A stretch of 52,544 nt of DNA from Aplysia californica (lineage: Eukaryota). Position 1 is the stretch's first letter. Every line of letters begins with the position of its first letter. Shown piece by piece: positions 23,644 through 37,830 of this stretch. Made by a program: the position numbers and the translations under genes. Location: contig NW_004798421.1 of assembly GCF_000002075.1 (NCBI RefSeq), positions 2,513-55,056 on the forward strand. Direction: 5' to 3'. Below the pieces are notes generated by a model. It had not been told where the DNA came from. It saw only the letters and a program-made list of their open reading frames with translations, and ran no database searches.

Positions 23644-25018
23644 AGGGACAAACCAGAAAATGGTCAACGGAGGGTTGTCTTTCCGAGAGCCTGGTTATGA
23701 AGGGCACCGATACAGTTCTCTAAGATCTACATCTCTGAGTCTGATTGGACAGTTTCCAAAGGTTTCCTATGCTATGCTGCGATTGGCACCTTCAACAATT
23801 TACATACGTATGTTTTAGTAATGTCCTCGACCAAACTTTGTACGGTCGGTTACCATAAGCCAAACTGGTATCCTAAAACTGTCCGTGTAAATATTGCACG
23901 GTTGTGGAAGGGGGAGGGGGAGAGGGAGGAGAGGAGGCGTGAGGGGGTGGAGGGACCAGGGTTCGTGGCGGGTGGGGGGAGGGGGGAGGGGGGAGTCTGG
24001 CAGTAAATACACGTATACCTTTTACAAATGTTTTGGGTTTTTTTGCTTACCCAGTAAAGCATTCAATGTTTTTCTACAGTTATGACTATGATGATAGAGC
24101 ACAATAGCCTGTAGGTGTACATGTGCTAAGAAATAAATCAGCCAATCAGCAGAAATAAGCAAGGGATAGTTCAGAAAAATGGATGGTTGGTGGGTGCTCT
24201 AGTGGGGTTTGCTCCTTCTTTCCTATCAATATCAAACAAATTTATGTTATCTTTCCTCTCGTTTATTTGCCCCCCCCCCCACCCCCTTCCCCCGAACCGG
24301 GCAAGTGCTACAGACTGAAATTGAAATTGTCTTTAGGCCATTCCCAAAGGGGGGATATGAGTTCTCATGCAGAGTAGAATTGTAAAAGGGCTGATTTATC
24401 AATGTCATGCTCATAGTGTACTAAAACAACAGAGGGGGAACTGCCGATTTTTCTTTCCTCATCCTTACTATCGTCATTTTTTCCTCTACTTCTTTTGTAT
24501 GTTTGTCACTCTCTTGTGAACTGCTGTTTCCGGGGTGCCTTGATAGTCGAAGCAGACTAAATGCTGTTGAAGCTAGAGAGGTGAGCAGAGTAAGTCTGAT
24601 TCCCTGTATGGACTTCTCAGTTGACACCCACCCCTCGGCGCTCATATGACCTATGCAATAGCGAGCGCCTTAAAATCCTTACTGAAGTAATATACAGTAA
24701 ACCACAAAACAAGGGCAAACAATGTAAAGCTTTTATGATCCTTTATTTGACCTTGTTGAACCCTTTGTTCCCGTCCCTCGTGAAGTCAATCAACAGTGTA
24801 CATCACCAGAACATCACCAGTACAACACAAATCAATCACTTCATTACATGTACCGTTAAGGATTATATCTGTAATTTGAAAAAAAAATCAATGAAAACAT
24901 CGTCAGCGTCTGACTCCAACTGTTTATCTCTGACAAATTAGGTCAGACTTTTTAAGGAAAAAAAAATAATTAAATATTTTCTTACCTGGTCATCATCCAA
25001 TATTTTGTGCAAAATGTA

Positions 25019-25503
25019 CAGTGCAGCCTCTCTATAACGACCTTCCATACAACAACAGCGACACCTTCCATATAACGACATCCTCTGTATAGCCACACCT
25101 TCGATATAACGACATCCTCTGTATAGCGACACCTTCGATATAACGACATCCTCTGTATAGCCACACCTTCGATATAACGACATCCTCTGTATAGCGACAC
25201 CTTCGATATAACGACATCCTCTGTATAGCGACATGGTGCCCAGTTCCTGATTTTTTTCCTTCTATTTTGGTTGCCTCTCTATAACTCCGCACTTCAAACA
25301 TAGTAGGAAGAATTAGCCATGAAAGAAGCTGCATGAAGACAACCTTGAGACCATCTTAAGCTAAATTGACCGTCTGCATAGAGGAAAAGTGCCATACTTA
25401 CTATGCTATAACGACAACTCTCTCTAACGACTTTTTTTCTGGTCCTCTCTATAACAACATTTTTTTCTAGTCCCAACCATGTCATTATAGAGAGTTTGCA
25501 CGG
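25019..25503. mobile_element. pogo/Tigger-like MITE with internal tandem expansion
   Basis: TA|CAGTGCAGCCTCTCTATAACGAC ... GTCATTATAGAGAGTTTGCACGG|TA. A unit of about 34 bp is repeated internally. Related copy at 29355. Confidence 0.7.
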
Positions 25504-25659
25504 TACTTTTTACTCAATCGAATAATGGATTTAATTAAAATATCACCAATTGAAATAATTGTCGAGAATCACATCCACATAACTTGGGACAACAACAACA
25601 AAAAAGAGTTGGACCTAATTTTGCCGATACACAGTGTGAATCAACACACGGAGGATATC

Positions 25660-27199
25660 AGTGGATGAGGAGACCACGGACACATACATGGGGTCAGACC
25701 GAGGGGACCACGGACACATACATGGGGTCAGACCGAGGGGACCACGGACACATACATGGGGTCAGACCGAGGGGACCACGGACACATACATGAGGTCAGC
25801 AGGGTTGGTGATTTTTTTTTTTTTTAAATAAAAATTTTAAAAATCGATTTTTAAAATTTAAATCAAGATTTTTTAAATTTAAATCGGATTTTTAAAATTT
25901 TTTTTATAAATGTCGACACAGTTTGGGATTTTTGGTGGCTAAGAGTATGTTCTTTTGGTGCAAAATGCATTGTCTTTATTTTAACAAATGATTAATTTAA
26001 GCAACTGCAAAAGAAAGCCTTAATCTGCTATATCAGTGAATTATGGCTACAGACAAAACATGAAGAAAATGTCAGTCTAAAAGAAAGGGGGGAGGGGGTA
26101 ATTATGCATAGATAAACTTGCATTTTATTACAGTGTGTGTGTGTGCGCGCTTGTGTTTGTCTAAAAAGAAAAAGAAAATGCTAATTTCAATTATGAAAAA
26201 AAAGTAAATTGAATACTGTATTATTTTACTACTTACAGTGACAGGGGGGAAAGCACACTCTTAAGCATGATTATTTTAGTCTACTAAACCTATATCTGTT
26301 TAATAAAACCAAGGAAAGGAATTCTGAATGTTTGAATATATGTACAAACAGAATACATTTTAAAAAAATTGATTTAAATCACTGATTTTTATTTTAAAAG
26401 TCAAGTTCATTAAAATAAAAAAAATCAACTGATTTAAATCAACCCAGCTCTGATTTCAATTATGGAAAAAAAAAAGTAAATTGAATACTGTATTATTTTA
26501 CAGTGAAAGGGGGGAAAGCAGACTTTTAAGCATGATTATATTAGTCTACTAAACCTTATATCTGTTTTATGAAACCAAGGAAAGGAATTCTGAATGTTGA
26601 AATGTGTAAAAACTGAATAAAAATAAAAAAAATTTTAAGTGATTTAAATCACTGATTTTTATTTTAAAAATCAAGTTGATTTAAATTTTAAAAATCAACT
26701 GATTTAAATCAACCTGAATTAAATCAACCCAACCCTGGGGGTCAGACCCAGTGGATGCGGAGACCACGGACACATACATGGGGTCAGACCGAGGAGACCA
26801 CGGACACATACATGGGGTCAGACCCAGTGGATGCGGAGACCACGGACACATACATGGGGTCAGACGAGGAGACCACGGACACATACATGGGGTCAGACCG
26901 AGGAGACCACGGACACATACATGGGGTCAGACCGAGGGGACCACGGACACATACATGGGGTCAGACCGAGGAGACCACGGACACATACATGGGGTCAGAC
27001 CCAGTGGATGAGGGGACCACGGACACATACATGGGGTCAGACCCAGTGGATGAGGAGACCACGGACACATACATGGGGTCAGACCCAGTGGATGAGGAGA
27101 CCACGGACACATACATGGGGTCAGACCCAGGAGACCACGGACACATACATGGGGTCAGACCGAGGAGACTACGGACACATACATGGGGTCAGACCCAGC
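25660..27199. repeat. Minisatellite with units of about 34 and 42 bp, split by a hAT element
   Basis: GACCACGGACACATACATGGGGTCAGACC core on both sides of 25800..26737. Confidence 0.9.
25800..26737. mobile_element. hAT-like non-autonomous element inserted in a minisatellite
   Basis: TIR CAGGGTTGG...CCAACCCTG, 8-bp TSD gaggtcag/ggggtcag (7 of 8 match), subterminal GATTTAAATC repeats and an internal duplication of about 270 bp. Confidence 0.75.
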
Positions 27200-27259
27200 T
27201 AGCTGTCTCGAGTTCCTGATGGAAGAAACTGACATGTCCCTAATTAAGGCTTATAATAA

Positions 27260-27500
27260 GGTCGCTTTTAAGCACAAGGAGGCTATCCCCATAAATGCTG
27301 TTTAGAGAAAATCGAAGGTAAAGTTTTTGTCCCTTGTTCAGTTTCTTTAAAAGACAAGGAGAGTTTTCTCTATAACCAAACAAATATACACACCAATGAA
27401 ACCAAACTTCTCCTATAGGTAGGGTGTATTAGGGTGTGTCGGTCAAGATTTCTAGAAACCCCCGACATCTGGGTCAGCCCACTCTTCCTTTAAAGCGACC
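27260..27500. mobile_element. MITE of about 240 bp with TIR GGTCGCTTT (second copy near 20302-20536)
   Basis: GGTCGCTTT...AAAGCGACC. The two copies align along their length. Confidence 0.6.
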
Positions 27501-28292
27501 ACAAATGACCCCATGTCGTGTCAGTCAGAGAAAAACAAACAAATGAAAAAATAATCAGCCCCCGTGAGTAAATTTTGTACCATGGTTTTGTGATTATAAT
27601 ATACAAATATGTATACATACAGTCCATATTTATTCATAAAACAACACGTATAACTAAGGAGAAGCACACCCCGTCATTACGAGGAAATGAGAAAAAAAGC
27701 AGAGATCGTACGTCATAACTGATTGACTATATGTCACAAACAGACGGAATAAAAAAAACTGCACTCTGCCCCGAATACAAAAGTCAGACTCTGTCCTTAA
27801 TATAAACATTAAAAAACCACTCCAACCACAACTATCGTTTAAAAAAAAGCTCACTCAATCACCGACAAAATGTTGTTTTTTTTTAAAAAGCTCACTTTAT
27901 CAACAAATATATGTTTGTTTTTTTAAAAAGGATGCTCCATCCAAAACAAACGTTTTTCAAAAAGCCCACCCCACCCACCCCACACATGCAGCATGTACAG
28001 ATTTCTAAAACCCACCCAACCCAGGACAAACATTGTTCTTCTGCACCCACCAACCACCCACACTGGCTTTTCAATATGCCGACAGAACTCTGCACTGTGG
28101 GGGCATCATACAATATCAGACGGAAAAATCATAGGGAAGTGAAGGGTCCAGACTACACAAGTAAGGATTGTACAGAAAACTTTCCAGTAGTATAATACGT
28201 ATAATAATAGCATATATACGGTAACAAGTATACGTGTATCAATTCCAGCAACCGTATGGCTGACCACATCATTTTCCCCCTGGCTTCATTAA

Positions 28293-29170
28293 CTCACTCA
28301 ATCCCGTGACCTAGATATCAGTGATCACGGTCAGCTGGTGGGCTGCGTTCAATCCCACGACCGAGATAACTCGGTTCTATAGTTTTATGGGGACTATAAG
28401 CAGACAGACTCTGGGATGGATCCAGAAGGGGGGGGGGGGGAGAGCAGAGATGGACATATTCCGACGGTAGTGACCCCAACTGCGGAAAAGGTGTGACAAG
28501 GTATAGTTTTGTTCCGTACACAAGTTATTTCATTTCGGGAAAACAGCCCCAAGTTTTATTTAAGGTCAATGACGTGACAGCCCCAAGTTTTATTTAAGGC
28601 CAATGACGTGACAGCCCCAAGTTTTGTATAAGGTCAATGTATTATTTCCCAAGCCACTTCTCCCTTAAGGGGTGCTGGAATTTTGTCTCAACTGTCACTG
28701 TCCTTGCCCACGGAGAAATCGCGGGTTTTATCAAATAAACTTTCAGCACTTTTGTTCACATTGATCAGCTGAGCATGTCTCGCAATCTGTTCTCTCTGCC
28801 TTTGTCACACATACAGTTTTTTTGTAATTCATGAAAGTATTCCAGTCTTTATTCTACATGACATACAATATGTAGATGTAGACACTCACAAGCCTATGTT
28901 TGATCAACGTTGGCCTGCTCTAGCTCATTTGGCCATGAAAAAAAAAAATTATAAGCCCCCAAAAATGCTACATTCGTACAACAGCCCGAAGGAAAACTAC
29001 CCAAGCTACAAACTTCACATTTGGTACGTCTAAAGATCCATCTTAGGTTCTTTGTGACAAATTTCAAAGCAATTAGATTACATTTATGGCTGCTAGAGGG
29101 CCCTTACCTAAGTGCCAAAATGACCGGTTTCAGGGTACAATTTCGGGAAAAACTCCCGGGATCGAGTGAG
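28293..29170. mobile_element. TTAA-flanked (piggyBac-like) MITE
   Basis: TTAA|CTCACTCAATCCCG ... CGGGATCGAGTGAG|TTAA, TIR match 13 of 14. Confidence 0.65.
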
Positions 29171-29354
29171 TTAACTAACACTACTTACTGGGGTGTACCA
29201 GGCTCATTTTCAAAACGACTAGATCTATCTCACGAGATACGTCCATTCTAGAAAGATTATAAATCTCTCTCCCTCACACACACCAAATCAAATATAACAG
29301 ATCTAAGTTAAAACATTCATGATCAAAATTCTATTGTGTGAGTTTAGTTGAGTA

Positions 29355-29588
29355 CAGTGCAGCCTCTCTATAACGACATCCTCAGGACCAGACAAAAATC
29401 ACGTTATAGAGAGGCAAACCAATATTGCTTATGATATATAAGGAAAAAATGGGGACCTGGGCACCATGTCGCTATACAGAGGATGTCGTTACATCGAAGG
29501 TGTCGCTATACAGAGGATGTGGTTATATCGAAGGTCGTTATAGAGAGGATGTCGTTATATCGAAGGTCGTTATAGAGAGGCTGCACGG
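29355..29588. mobile_element. pogo/Tigger-like MITE
   Basis: TA|CAGTGCAGCCTCTCTATAACGAC ... GTCGTTATAGAGAGGCTGCACGG|TA. Confidence 0.75.
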
Positions 29589-29640
29589 TACTATTAGTCA
29601 TAGGGGAGTACAAAGCCCATTCTAAAAAATTATCTCTCCT

Positions 29641-29721
<81 letters not shown>

Positions 29722-30377
29722 TCTCAACATTTATGATCAAAATTCTATTTTGTCCTTTATGCCCTACCTGCTGAACTTTGACCCGTGGTTGGCCCCACTC
29801 CCTGTTGTTAGTTGTAGTTTTAGTAGAGGTTTTACGGCACTCGCAACTGCATAAGGTCAAATGAACGCCAAGGGGTGGATGTCAACAGAGAAGTCCATAC
29901 AGGGAATCAGACTTACTCTGTTCACCTCTCTAGCCTCAACAGCACAAAGTCTGCTTCGACTATCAAGGCAGCCTGGAAATAGCGGGTCACAAGAGAGTGA
30001 CAAACATACAAAAGAAGTAAAGGAAAAATTTAAAAGACTGAAGATTTTCCTGTTAGTGGATACAGTTGTAGCACAGGTGAGTGGATACAGTTGTAGCACA
30101 GGTGAGTGGATACAGTTGTAGCACAGGTGAGCCGACGTTGACGCGCAGGGAGAGGGGGAGACACATCAGCAAATGTTGGTCCTCAATATCAACCAATCTT
30201 GCCCACCCCGCCTTATTGCACATGTGATAAATATTTGAAAGTAGCGATAAGATAAGTTGTAATAATAACATACAGGTGCAAAAAAATTTTTTTAATCAGG
30301 TGAAAATCAGACGCAAAAAAAACATGAAGAAAAAAACAATCTTTAAAAAAAACAACCACAAACAGTTGTGTATGACA

Positions 30378-30658
30378 AGACAGTGGACACACGTACCAGG
30401 CAGCGTGACTGAGGGATGAACTATCAGAGAGCTCACACCACATCAGAGACAGTGGACACATGTACCAGGCAGCGTGACTAGGGATGAACTATCAGAGAGC
30501 TCACACCACATCAGAGACAGTGGACACATGTACCAGGCAGCGTGACTAGGGATGAACTATCAGAGAGCTCACACCACATCAGAGACAGTGGACACATGTA
30601 CCAGGCAGCGTGACTGAGGGAACAACTGTCAGAGAGCTCACACGACATCAGAGACAGC
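30378..30658. repeat. Tandem repeat, about 69 bp, 4 copies
   Basis: AGACAGTGGACACATGTACCAGGCAGCGTGACT...CACCACATCAG. Confidence 0.9.
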
Positions 30659-30720
30659 GGCTGTGGGCGGACCTAAATCTGGGTGGGGCTTCGGTTGCTT
30701 CCACTTCTTTACCACCAAAA

Positions 30721-31107
30721 TGTGAGGCAGCATGGTGGAATCAGGCTCTCGTCAATTTTTGGGCATGTAGAGTTATTGGTTTCATCTTAAAGCTTGTTCA
30801 CTTGTCTTTATTTGGATGAAAAAATATCCATTTATCTTGAATACAAGTCGAGATATTTGCAATGGCCGCCAAAGATTAGTTATTTCCTTAGCTTAAGAGT
30901 CTGTGGAAACATAAAAATTACATTTTTTGTGCCTTCAATCAACATTTTTCTTAAAAATCCACACAGAAATTAGTTTTTTAATGGGCATGAAAGGTGTTGA
31001 GCCAAAAAAACAAAAATTTGATAAAAATTCCCAAACCTGTGGAAAAATGAAAATTTTTTCACTTTGACTATTTTGACGAGAGCCTGATTCTACCACGCTG
31101 CCTCACA
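30721..31107. mobile_element. MITE, same family as 4021..4455
   Basis: Near-perfect TIRs tgtgaggcagcatggtggaatcaggctctcgtcaa and ttgacgagagcctgattctaccacgctgcctcaca. Confidence 0.75.
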
Positions 31108-32972
31108 AATAGCAAGCCCTCAGTACAGTGTTCCTTTTTCCAGTCTTCTACCTTTTCACACGAAGAGTTTCATTACGGAAGTGCCGTGGGAACGGGCTCG
31201 TCCTTTGCTGAGCCCTAAAGTAAAGACATTTGATTGACTGCTGGGTTACTATAGTTGTAAGCGGTGACAACAGTGATTGGATAAACGAGCAAGCCGCCAA
31301 GATGATCACTGAGTTCATTGCGTACCATCATAACGGTTTGAACTGCTTATTTCGTTAGTTAAGAAACTTTCATTTACTTTGGGATAGAGTTGGGGGGGGG
31401 GCTCAAGCCCGTGAGCCCTTCATGCGCGCAGAGCACAGTTTCATTTTTTTTAGTAATTTAACGGCACTTGCAACACAATAAGGCCATAGAAGTGCTGAAG
31501 ATTAGAGGTGTTACAAGAGAGTAACAAACAAAAAAAAGAAGGAGGAGAGATGAGGACGAAAGATATTTGATAGGAAAGAAGGAGCAAACCACACCAGAGC
31601 ACCCGCCAACCACCCACACAGCACAGCCCACAGGTGACATGGCTAACAAGAGAACCACAAGAACGTAGCAGATCTTTGGCCGCGTGTGACAAATGGAAGA
31701 CGTTCAGTAACACAACACTGTCGGGGCCCTCGGGTCTTTCAACAGGGGAGAGGGAGCCCCAGGAAGCATTAAGAATTCTTAAACTTCTTGTGTCTGAATA
31801 CGAGAGAGAAAAAATTAAACCGATAAATATACAACACGATGGACAGAACAAATTGTTGCCCTCGCGATAAGACCGGCTAACTCCAGCCAGGTAAACTTTT
31901 ACAAGAAACGCAAAGCAAACTTACTGGTCTCACCACGTGGAACCCCGAGGTCCAGCGGACTGTTCAGTTTTATTTTTAACATTTTTGGAGCATTTTTGGT
32001 TTTTAAAAAAATAATTTAAAACCTGTCTTTGTCTTTCAGCCAAAACCCATGATCTTATGGTAGGAAAGATCTACATCTAGCCTTCTCGGACAAGGGTGAA
32101 AAATCTCGGAGGTTCCGTGTGCAAGTTGCGAAAGTTGAAGATCCCTTAGTGGTCCAAAATCGATAAGTGTAGGCTTCGGCAGCCATCCGAGGAATATTCA
32201 AAATTTCCTACCAACTAAAAGTGTTTGGTGTGTCCCGCTCGCTCACATGACCTTATGTAGTTGCGAGCGCCGTAAAACACTTACCCAAAAAAAACCTTAA
32301 AAACCCAACCTGTCTTTAACAGAGCATATGAAATGGACGATCAACAATTTACAATTTTACCATCGGCAAATTCAACGAAAAAAAAAGACACAATATTTTG
32401 TAGGTTGGCCGGTCTTATCACAAAGGGCGTGAAATACTGGCAAGGACAAAAGACAATTCATATGTGCGACAAAAAGTGCTAGTCTTTGAATAGAAAATCT
32501 CAAACGATCAACCAACATCTCATCAACAGTTACGCGACCCTTCCTTCCAAGAGGCACAGAGATTCTCCACCAATCAAACAAGCCCAGTCTTTCAACAACT
32601 TGGATGGGAAAAAGGTCCCCCCTCATATTGCACACAATCCTGTGATCTTTCCCTGCCTGACATACACCTCCATACACATCGTTTCCCACTCCTGAATTGT
32701 TGACATGCGTCACGACAGGGCCACATCGGGCGCTCCTGTCCTCAACTTTGGGGCGTAGTATGGAGTGATTGGTGTCATCTCAAGCTAGAGTGTCCTTGAA
32801 AACTGCAAACTTACATTTTTTAAAAAATTAAGTCCAATCAATGTTTTTCAGTAAAATCCACACACAGAAATATTTTTTTAATTGAAAGGAAAAAAAAGAA
32901 AAGAAGTGTTGAGCCAGAAAAAAAAAGTTTGATAAAATTTGGCAATCAGGCGGGAAAATGTCGCTTTGTTCA

Positions 32973-33897
32973 ACGTCATGGTTCTGACAGACGTCATGGT
33001 TCTGACAGACGTCATGGTTCTGACAGACAGACGTCATGGTTCTGACAGACAGACGTCATGGTTCTGACAGACAGACGTCATGGTTCTGACAGACAGACGT
33101 CATGGTTCTGACAGACAGACGTCATGGTTCTGACAGACGTCATGGTTCTGACAGACGTCATGGTTCTGACAGACAGACGTCATGGTTCTGACAGACGTCA
33201 TGGTTCTGACAGACAGACGTCATGGTTCTGACAGACAGACGTCATGGTTCTGACAGACGTCATGGTTCTGACAGACGTCATGGTTCTGACAGACGTCATG
33301 GTTCTGACAGACAGACGTCATGGTTCTGACAGACAGACGTCATGGTTCTGACAGACGTCATGGTTCTGACAGACGTCATGGTTCTGACAGACAGACGTCA
33401 TGGTTCTGACAGACGTCATGGTTCTGACAGACGTCATGGTTCTCACAGACGTCATGGTTCTGACAGACAGACGTCATGGTTCTGACAGACAGACGTCATG
33501 GTTCTGACAGACAGACGTCATGGTTCTGACAGACGTCATGGTTCTGACAGACGTCATGGTTCTGACAGACAGACGTCATGGTTCTGACAGACGTCATGGT
33601 TCTCACAGACGTCATGGTTCTGACAGACAGACGTCATGGTTCTGACAGACGTCATGGTTCTGACAGACGTCATGGTTCTGACAGACGTCATGGTTCTGAC
33701 AGACGTCATGGTTCTGACAGACGTCATGGTTCTGACAGACAGACGTCATGGTTCTGACAGACGTCATGGTTCTGACAGACAGACGTCATGGTTCTGACAG
33801 ACGTCATGGTTCTGACAGACGTCATGGTTCTGACAGACGTCATGGTTCTGACAGACAGACGTCATGGTTCTGACAGACAGACGTCATGGTTCTGACA
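32973..33897. repeat. Minisatellite of 18-bp and 22-bp units
   Basis: ACGTCATGGTTCTGACAG with or without an extra ACAG, spanning about 925 bp. Confidence 0.95.
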
Positions 33898-34749
33898 AGT
33901 CCCTGATTCCACGATCCCACACACATGACTCAACGTTTCCCGTCTGCGCTTCACAAAACTGACAACATGTCATCCCGCCGACGTTTGTTCATTCTTTTAG
34001 TTTTAGTTTTAGTAGATGTTTTGCGGCGCACGCAACTACATAAGGTCATATGAGCGCCAGAAGATTAGAGGTGTTACAAGAGAGTAACAAACATTAAAAA
34101 AAGAAGAGATAAGGACGATAGATGTATGTTTGATAGGAAAGAAGGAGCACACCACACCACAGCACCCGCCAACCACCCACTTGTTCATTGTTACATGTCT
34201 CTGCATTTCCATAAACTGCCTCAAACATCAGTTTTCTCCAACAATACAGAATAAGTTTTCAAAAAATGTTGCAGGCATGTAAGTGTAAGACGACAGCAGG
34301 TGGGTGACCTTTCAAAGTCTGACACACCGTGTTTGTGTGTAGTACATAGGGCTCATCAACAAGACACACAGTCACACTTGAGATACACGCCTGTTTTTCT
34401 GGATTTCCACAAGTGACACATTATGCTATGGAAAGTCTGGTCTCACATTGGAATCAACAAAAAACTTACGGACATGCATGTACACCAGCTACCCACTTAC
34501 ACACAAAAGCATGTAATCATTTCACACATGCAAGCATACAACAATTTTACACACCAAACACGTGACAATTTTACACACCCAAGCACGTACGGTAACATGA
34601 CCTACTTATATACACACGCACAAGCAAGAAACATCATCCACTTCACACACACAAGCACGGAACATCATCCACTTCACACACGCAAGCATGTCACTTGACC
34701 TTATTCTGTACACACACTCAAACTCGCAACATGTAAGACCTATTTCTGC

Positions 34750-35039
34750 TCAGTGATGACCGCTGTCTTTGGATTTGTCGTCCATCGCCTCTTTGGCTTT
34801 GGTTCCAAACGTCTCAAGGTAGTTGTAGTGCAGCTTCGTGTTCACCGTCGCCAGGAGCCCTCGTTCATTTTTCATATCCTGAAGAGGTGAGTAGTCGATG
34901 TAATCTCCGTCTAAGGTGGTCATCTTCCCTCCTACGGCATTCAAAATTGCGTTGCCTGCACAAATGTCCCACTTTTTGATCCGCGTGATGTGGGTGTAAG
35001 CATTCACGGAGCCTTTAATCACCTCCAACGTTTTGTATC
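34750..35039 (-). CDS. BPNT2: BPNT2/IMPAD1 last exon
   Basis: (G)YKTLEVIKGSVNAYTHITRIKKWDICAGNAIL...* with the IMPase WD motif. Summed CDS is 1044 nt with frame preserved. Confidence 0.93.
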
Positions 35040-36474
35040 CTGAAAAAAAAAAATTTTTTTAAAAGAGGAATGTATTTTTCCAACTAGGTGAACTTCAGTC
35101 GCATCATCATCCAGTGCCAGATCTGCGACAGACATCGGCGATCATGGTCCTCCAATCATTTCTTTGCTCGGACGCTCTCAAAAAAGCTACATTATCATTA
35201 TCTTTCCTCCCCCCATCTGTTCAGGCTCTCAAAGTAAGTCGCTCTGGGCCTACCACTGCATCGTTCGTCTACAGTTCTGCCAGTAAGAGCTAGATGTTCA
35301 AGGCCCTTATGTCTATTTAAGTGTCCTCAAAACAGCTTTTTTCTCTTCTAAAATTATGAAATTATAAATACAACATGACCCTTCCAAGATCACCATTATT
35401 AATCTGCATACCTCCAGAAATTTTTTTTTTTTTTTTAATTGGTAGGTGTTCTTCTGGCTCCATCGCCACAATTCAGAAAATTATTTAGAAGGTCGGCTTC
35501 CAACTCTGCCCCGAAAATATTGCTATTGGGGGAGAGAAAAAAATGTGCTACAGTGATGAAAAGCAGACGACCACAAACCTTAGGTTGTTCAAAACATCAG
35601 GTTAGAAAAACCAGTAAGCCAGCCGGTTTACGGATACAAAATTGATTACGATTGAAGTAGAGTCAAACTGTTTAAGCTAGTCGGTCTATGAATAGACAAT
35701 TGTTGATTACGTCAGTCGGTCTATGGATAGACAATTGTTGATAACGATAGAAGTAGAGTCAAACTGTTTAAGCTAGTTGGTCTATGGATAGACAATTGTT
35801 GATTACGCCAGTCAGTCTATGGATAGACAATTGTTGATTACAATAGAAGTAGTCAAGCTGTCTTAGCCAGCAATCAAGAGATGATGAGAGAGGTGGCTGT
35901 CTTACACACTGTCATTTTAATGTAAGAAATACACAAGGGAGGAAATGAGAGTTTGCCATTTGGACAAGTGATTGTCTTATACAGGTGGCCTTCAGAGCTG
36001 GTTCGACTATACTTTGATAGCTACGATTAGAAAAAGAATGAAACAAAATAGCAGTGCGCTGAGAAGCAGTGACGAGCTGTGACTTTTAAACTTAATCAAT
36101 AAAGCTCACAAATACCCTTGACATTTACGAGTGGATGGAATCAATAGTCAGGCCGAGGGCAAATGTTGTATGGACTTCCTTGAGATGAGAGAACCTATAG
36201 GAAGGGCGTGAAGGAACAAAAGGACGGGGGACAGTTCAGCCACAAAAAGTGATTTATAACCAAAGTCACGTTCAGATCTGGCCGGGTTGCATGAGCTGAG
36301 ATCTCACACGATATTCTTCCTCCACATCAGTTGGATCTCTTCACTGTCTTCTTGTTACAACATGCAACTTCCTAAACTTTCAGATACAGATGAAATTATC
36401 TGAGGCAGCCATCCAATGTCGAAAAGAAAAGGTGGACGTTTTAGACAGGCAGCCGTATTACACAGTGGAATTAT

Positions 36475-36523
<49 letters not shown>

Positions 36524-37335
36524 GAGATAGAGGAGGCCAGAAAGCACTACAGACGGAGTGTTAGAGTGACAGGGAGGGTGTCGTCGAAAGCGCCTAGGCT
36601 AGAGTAGCCTACGGTTGGCCTACTTAATGTATTCATGGGTCAAAGTTAAAGATTCAGCCAATCGTAGCCCGGTTTACTCCCTGCGTGTAGTCTCGTGTGA
36701 ATGTATGTCTAGATCTAACATCTAGATCAAGATTTAAAAAAATAATCTTGAAAGTATTGAAAGTAGATTTCTCCTGCAGTGGATTTAGCGCGCTCGCCGA
36801 ACTGCGCCGAAGGATATTTTGTGTTCAGTGTGTTCGTGTGTAGATCTATGTCTAGATCTAATATCTAATCTAGATCCAGATCAAGATAAAAATCCTGAAA
36901 GTATTGAAAGTAGATTTCTCCTGCAGTGGATTTAGCGCGCACTTCGAAGGATGAGTGTATTTTGTGCACAGTGTCTAGATGAGATCTAGAATCTTGATCT
37001 AGAATCTAGATCTAGAATCTGGATCTAGAATCTAGATCTGAATCAAGACAAGAAGAATCATGAAATGAAAGTAGAATCTAGATCTGTGATATTTCGATAA
37101 CCTATTCAATATTGAAAGTGAATTTTTCTTGCTGTACATTATATATTCTCTAGATCAAGATCTATATTATGCATCTTAGATCGAGATCAAGAATGATGAA
37201 NNNNNNNNNNNNNNNNNNNNNNNNNNNNNNNNNNNNNNNNNNNNNNNNNNNNNNNNNNNNNNNNNNNNNNNNNNNNNNNNNNNNNNNNNNNNNNNNNNNN
37301 GTTTGACTGTATTTTCCCACAATCCCATCAGCGTC

Positions 37336-37550
37336 TGTGGAGTTGTGTATCGTGATGTTGTGTGTCGTGGAGTTGTGTGTCGTGATGTTGTGTGTCGTGA
37401 TGTTGTGTGTCGTGGAGTCGTGTGTCGTGGAGCCGTATGTCGTGGAGTCGTGTGTCGTGGAGTCGTGTGTCGTGGAGTCGTGTGTCGTGGAGTCGTGTGT
37501 CGTGGAGTTGTGTGTCGTGGGGTTGTGTGTCGTGGAGTTGTGTGTCGTGA
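37336..37550. repeat. 15-bp tandem repeat
   Basis: (CGTGGAGT(T/C)GTGTGT)n. Confidence 0.9.
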
Positions 37551-37830
37551 CGTCTGCTAAGACCACAACCTGGGAGACTGCTGTGACGGAACAACTCGTA
37601 TGGAAACCAAAGTGCAGACAAAGCTGACCGGAGAAAAAGGGGGCGCTGGCGACTGGCCGGGACTTGCACTTCGCACATTGACCAATTCAGGTGGGCCTAG
37701 CGATAGTTAGCATCGGCCGGGTCGCGATTGTCAGATTTCAGACGATAGTTGGCAAACATGCAGGTCTACGTAACAACTCAACTCGTAGGTACCCACTCCC
37801 CCTGCTTCGACCACAACCTGCGTCACGTAC

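Noticed and set aside
26755-27219. Repetitive ORFs (also 21047-21439, 24938-25334, 37162-37678, 16898-17269 and 4618-5102)
   Set aside because: Translations of mini- or microsatellites or of N gaps, open in several frames, with no splice or domain support.
31450-31870. ORFs of 133 and 78 aa
   Set aside because: They largely overlap a family A retroposon and show no recognisable domain.
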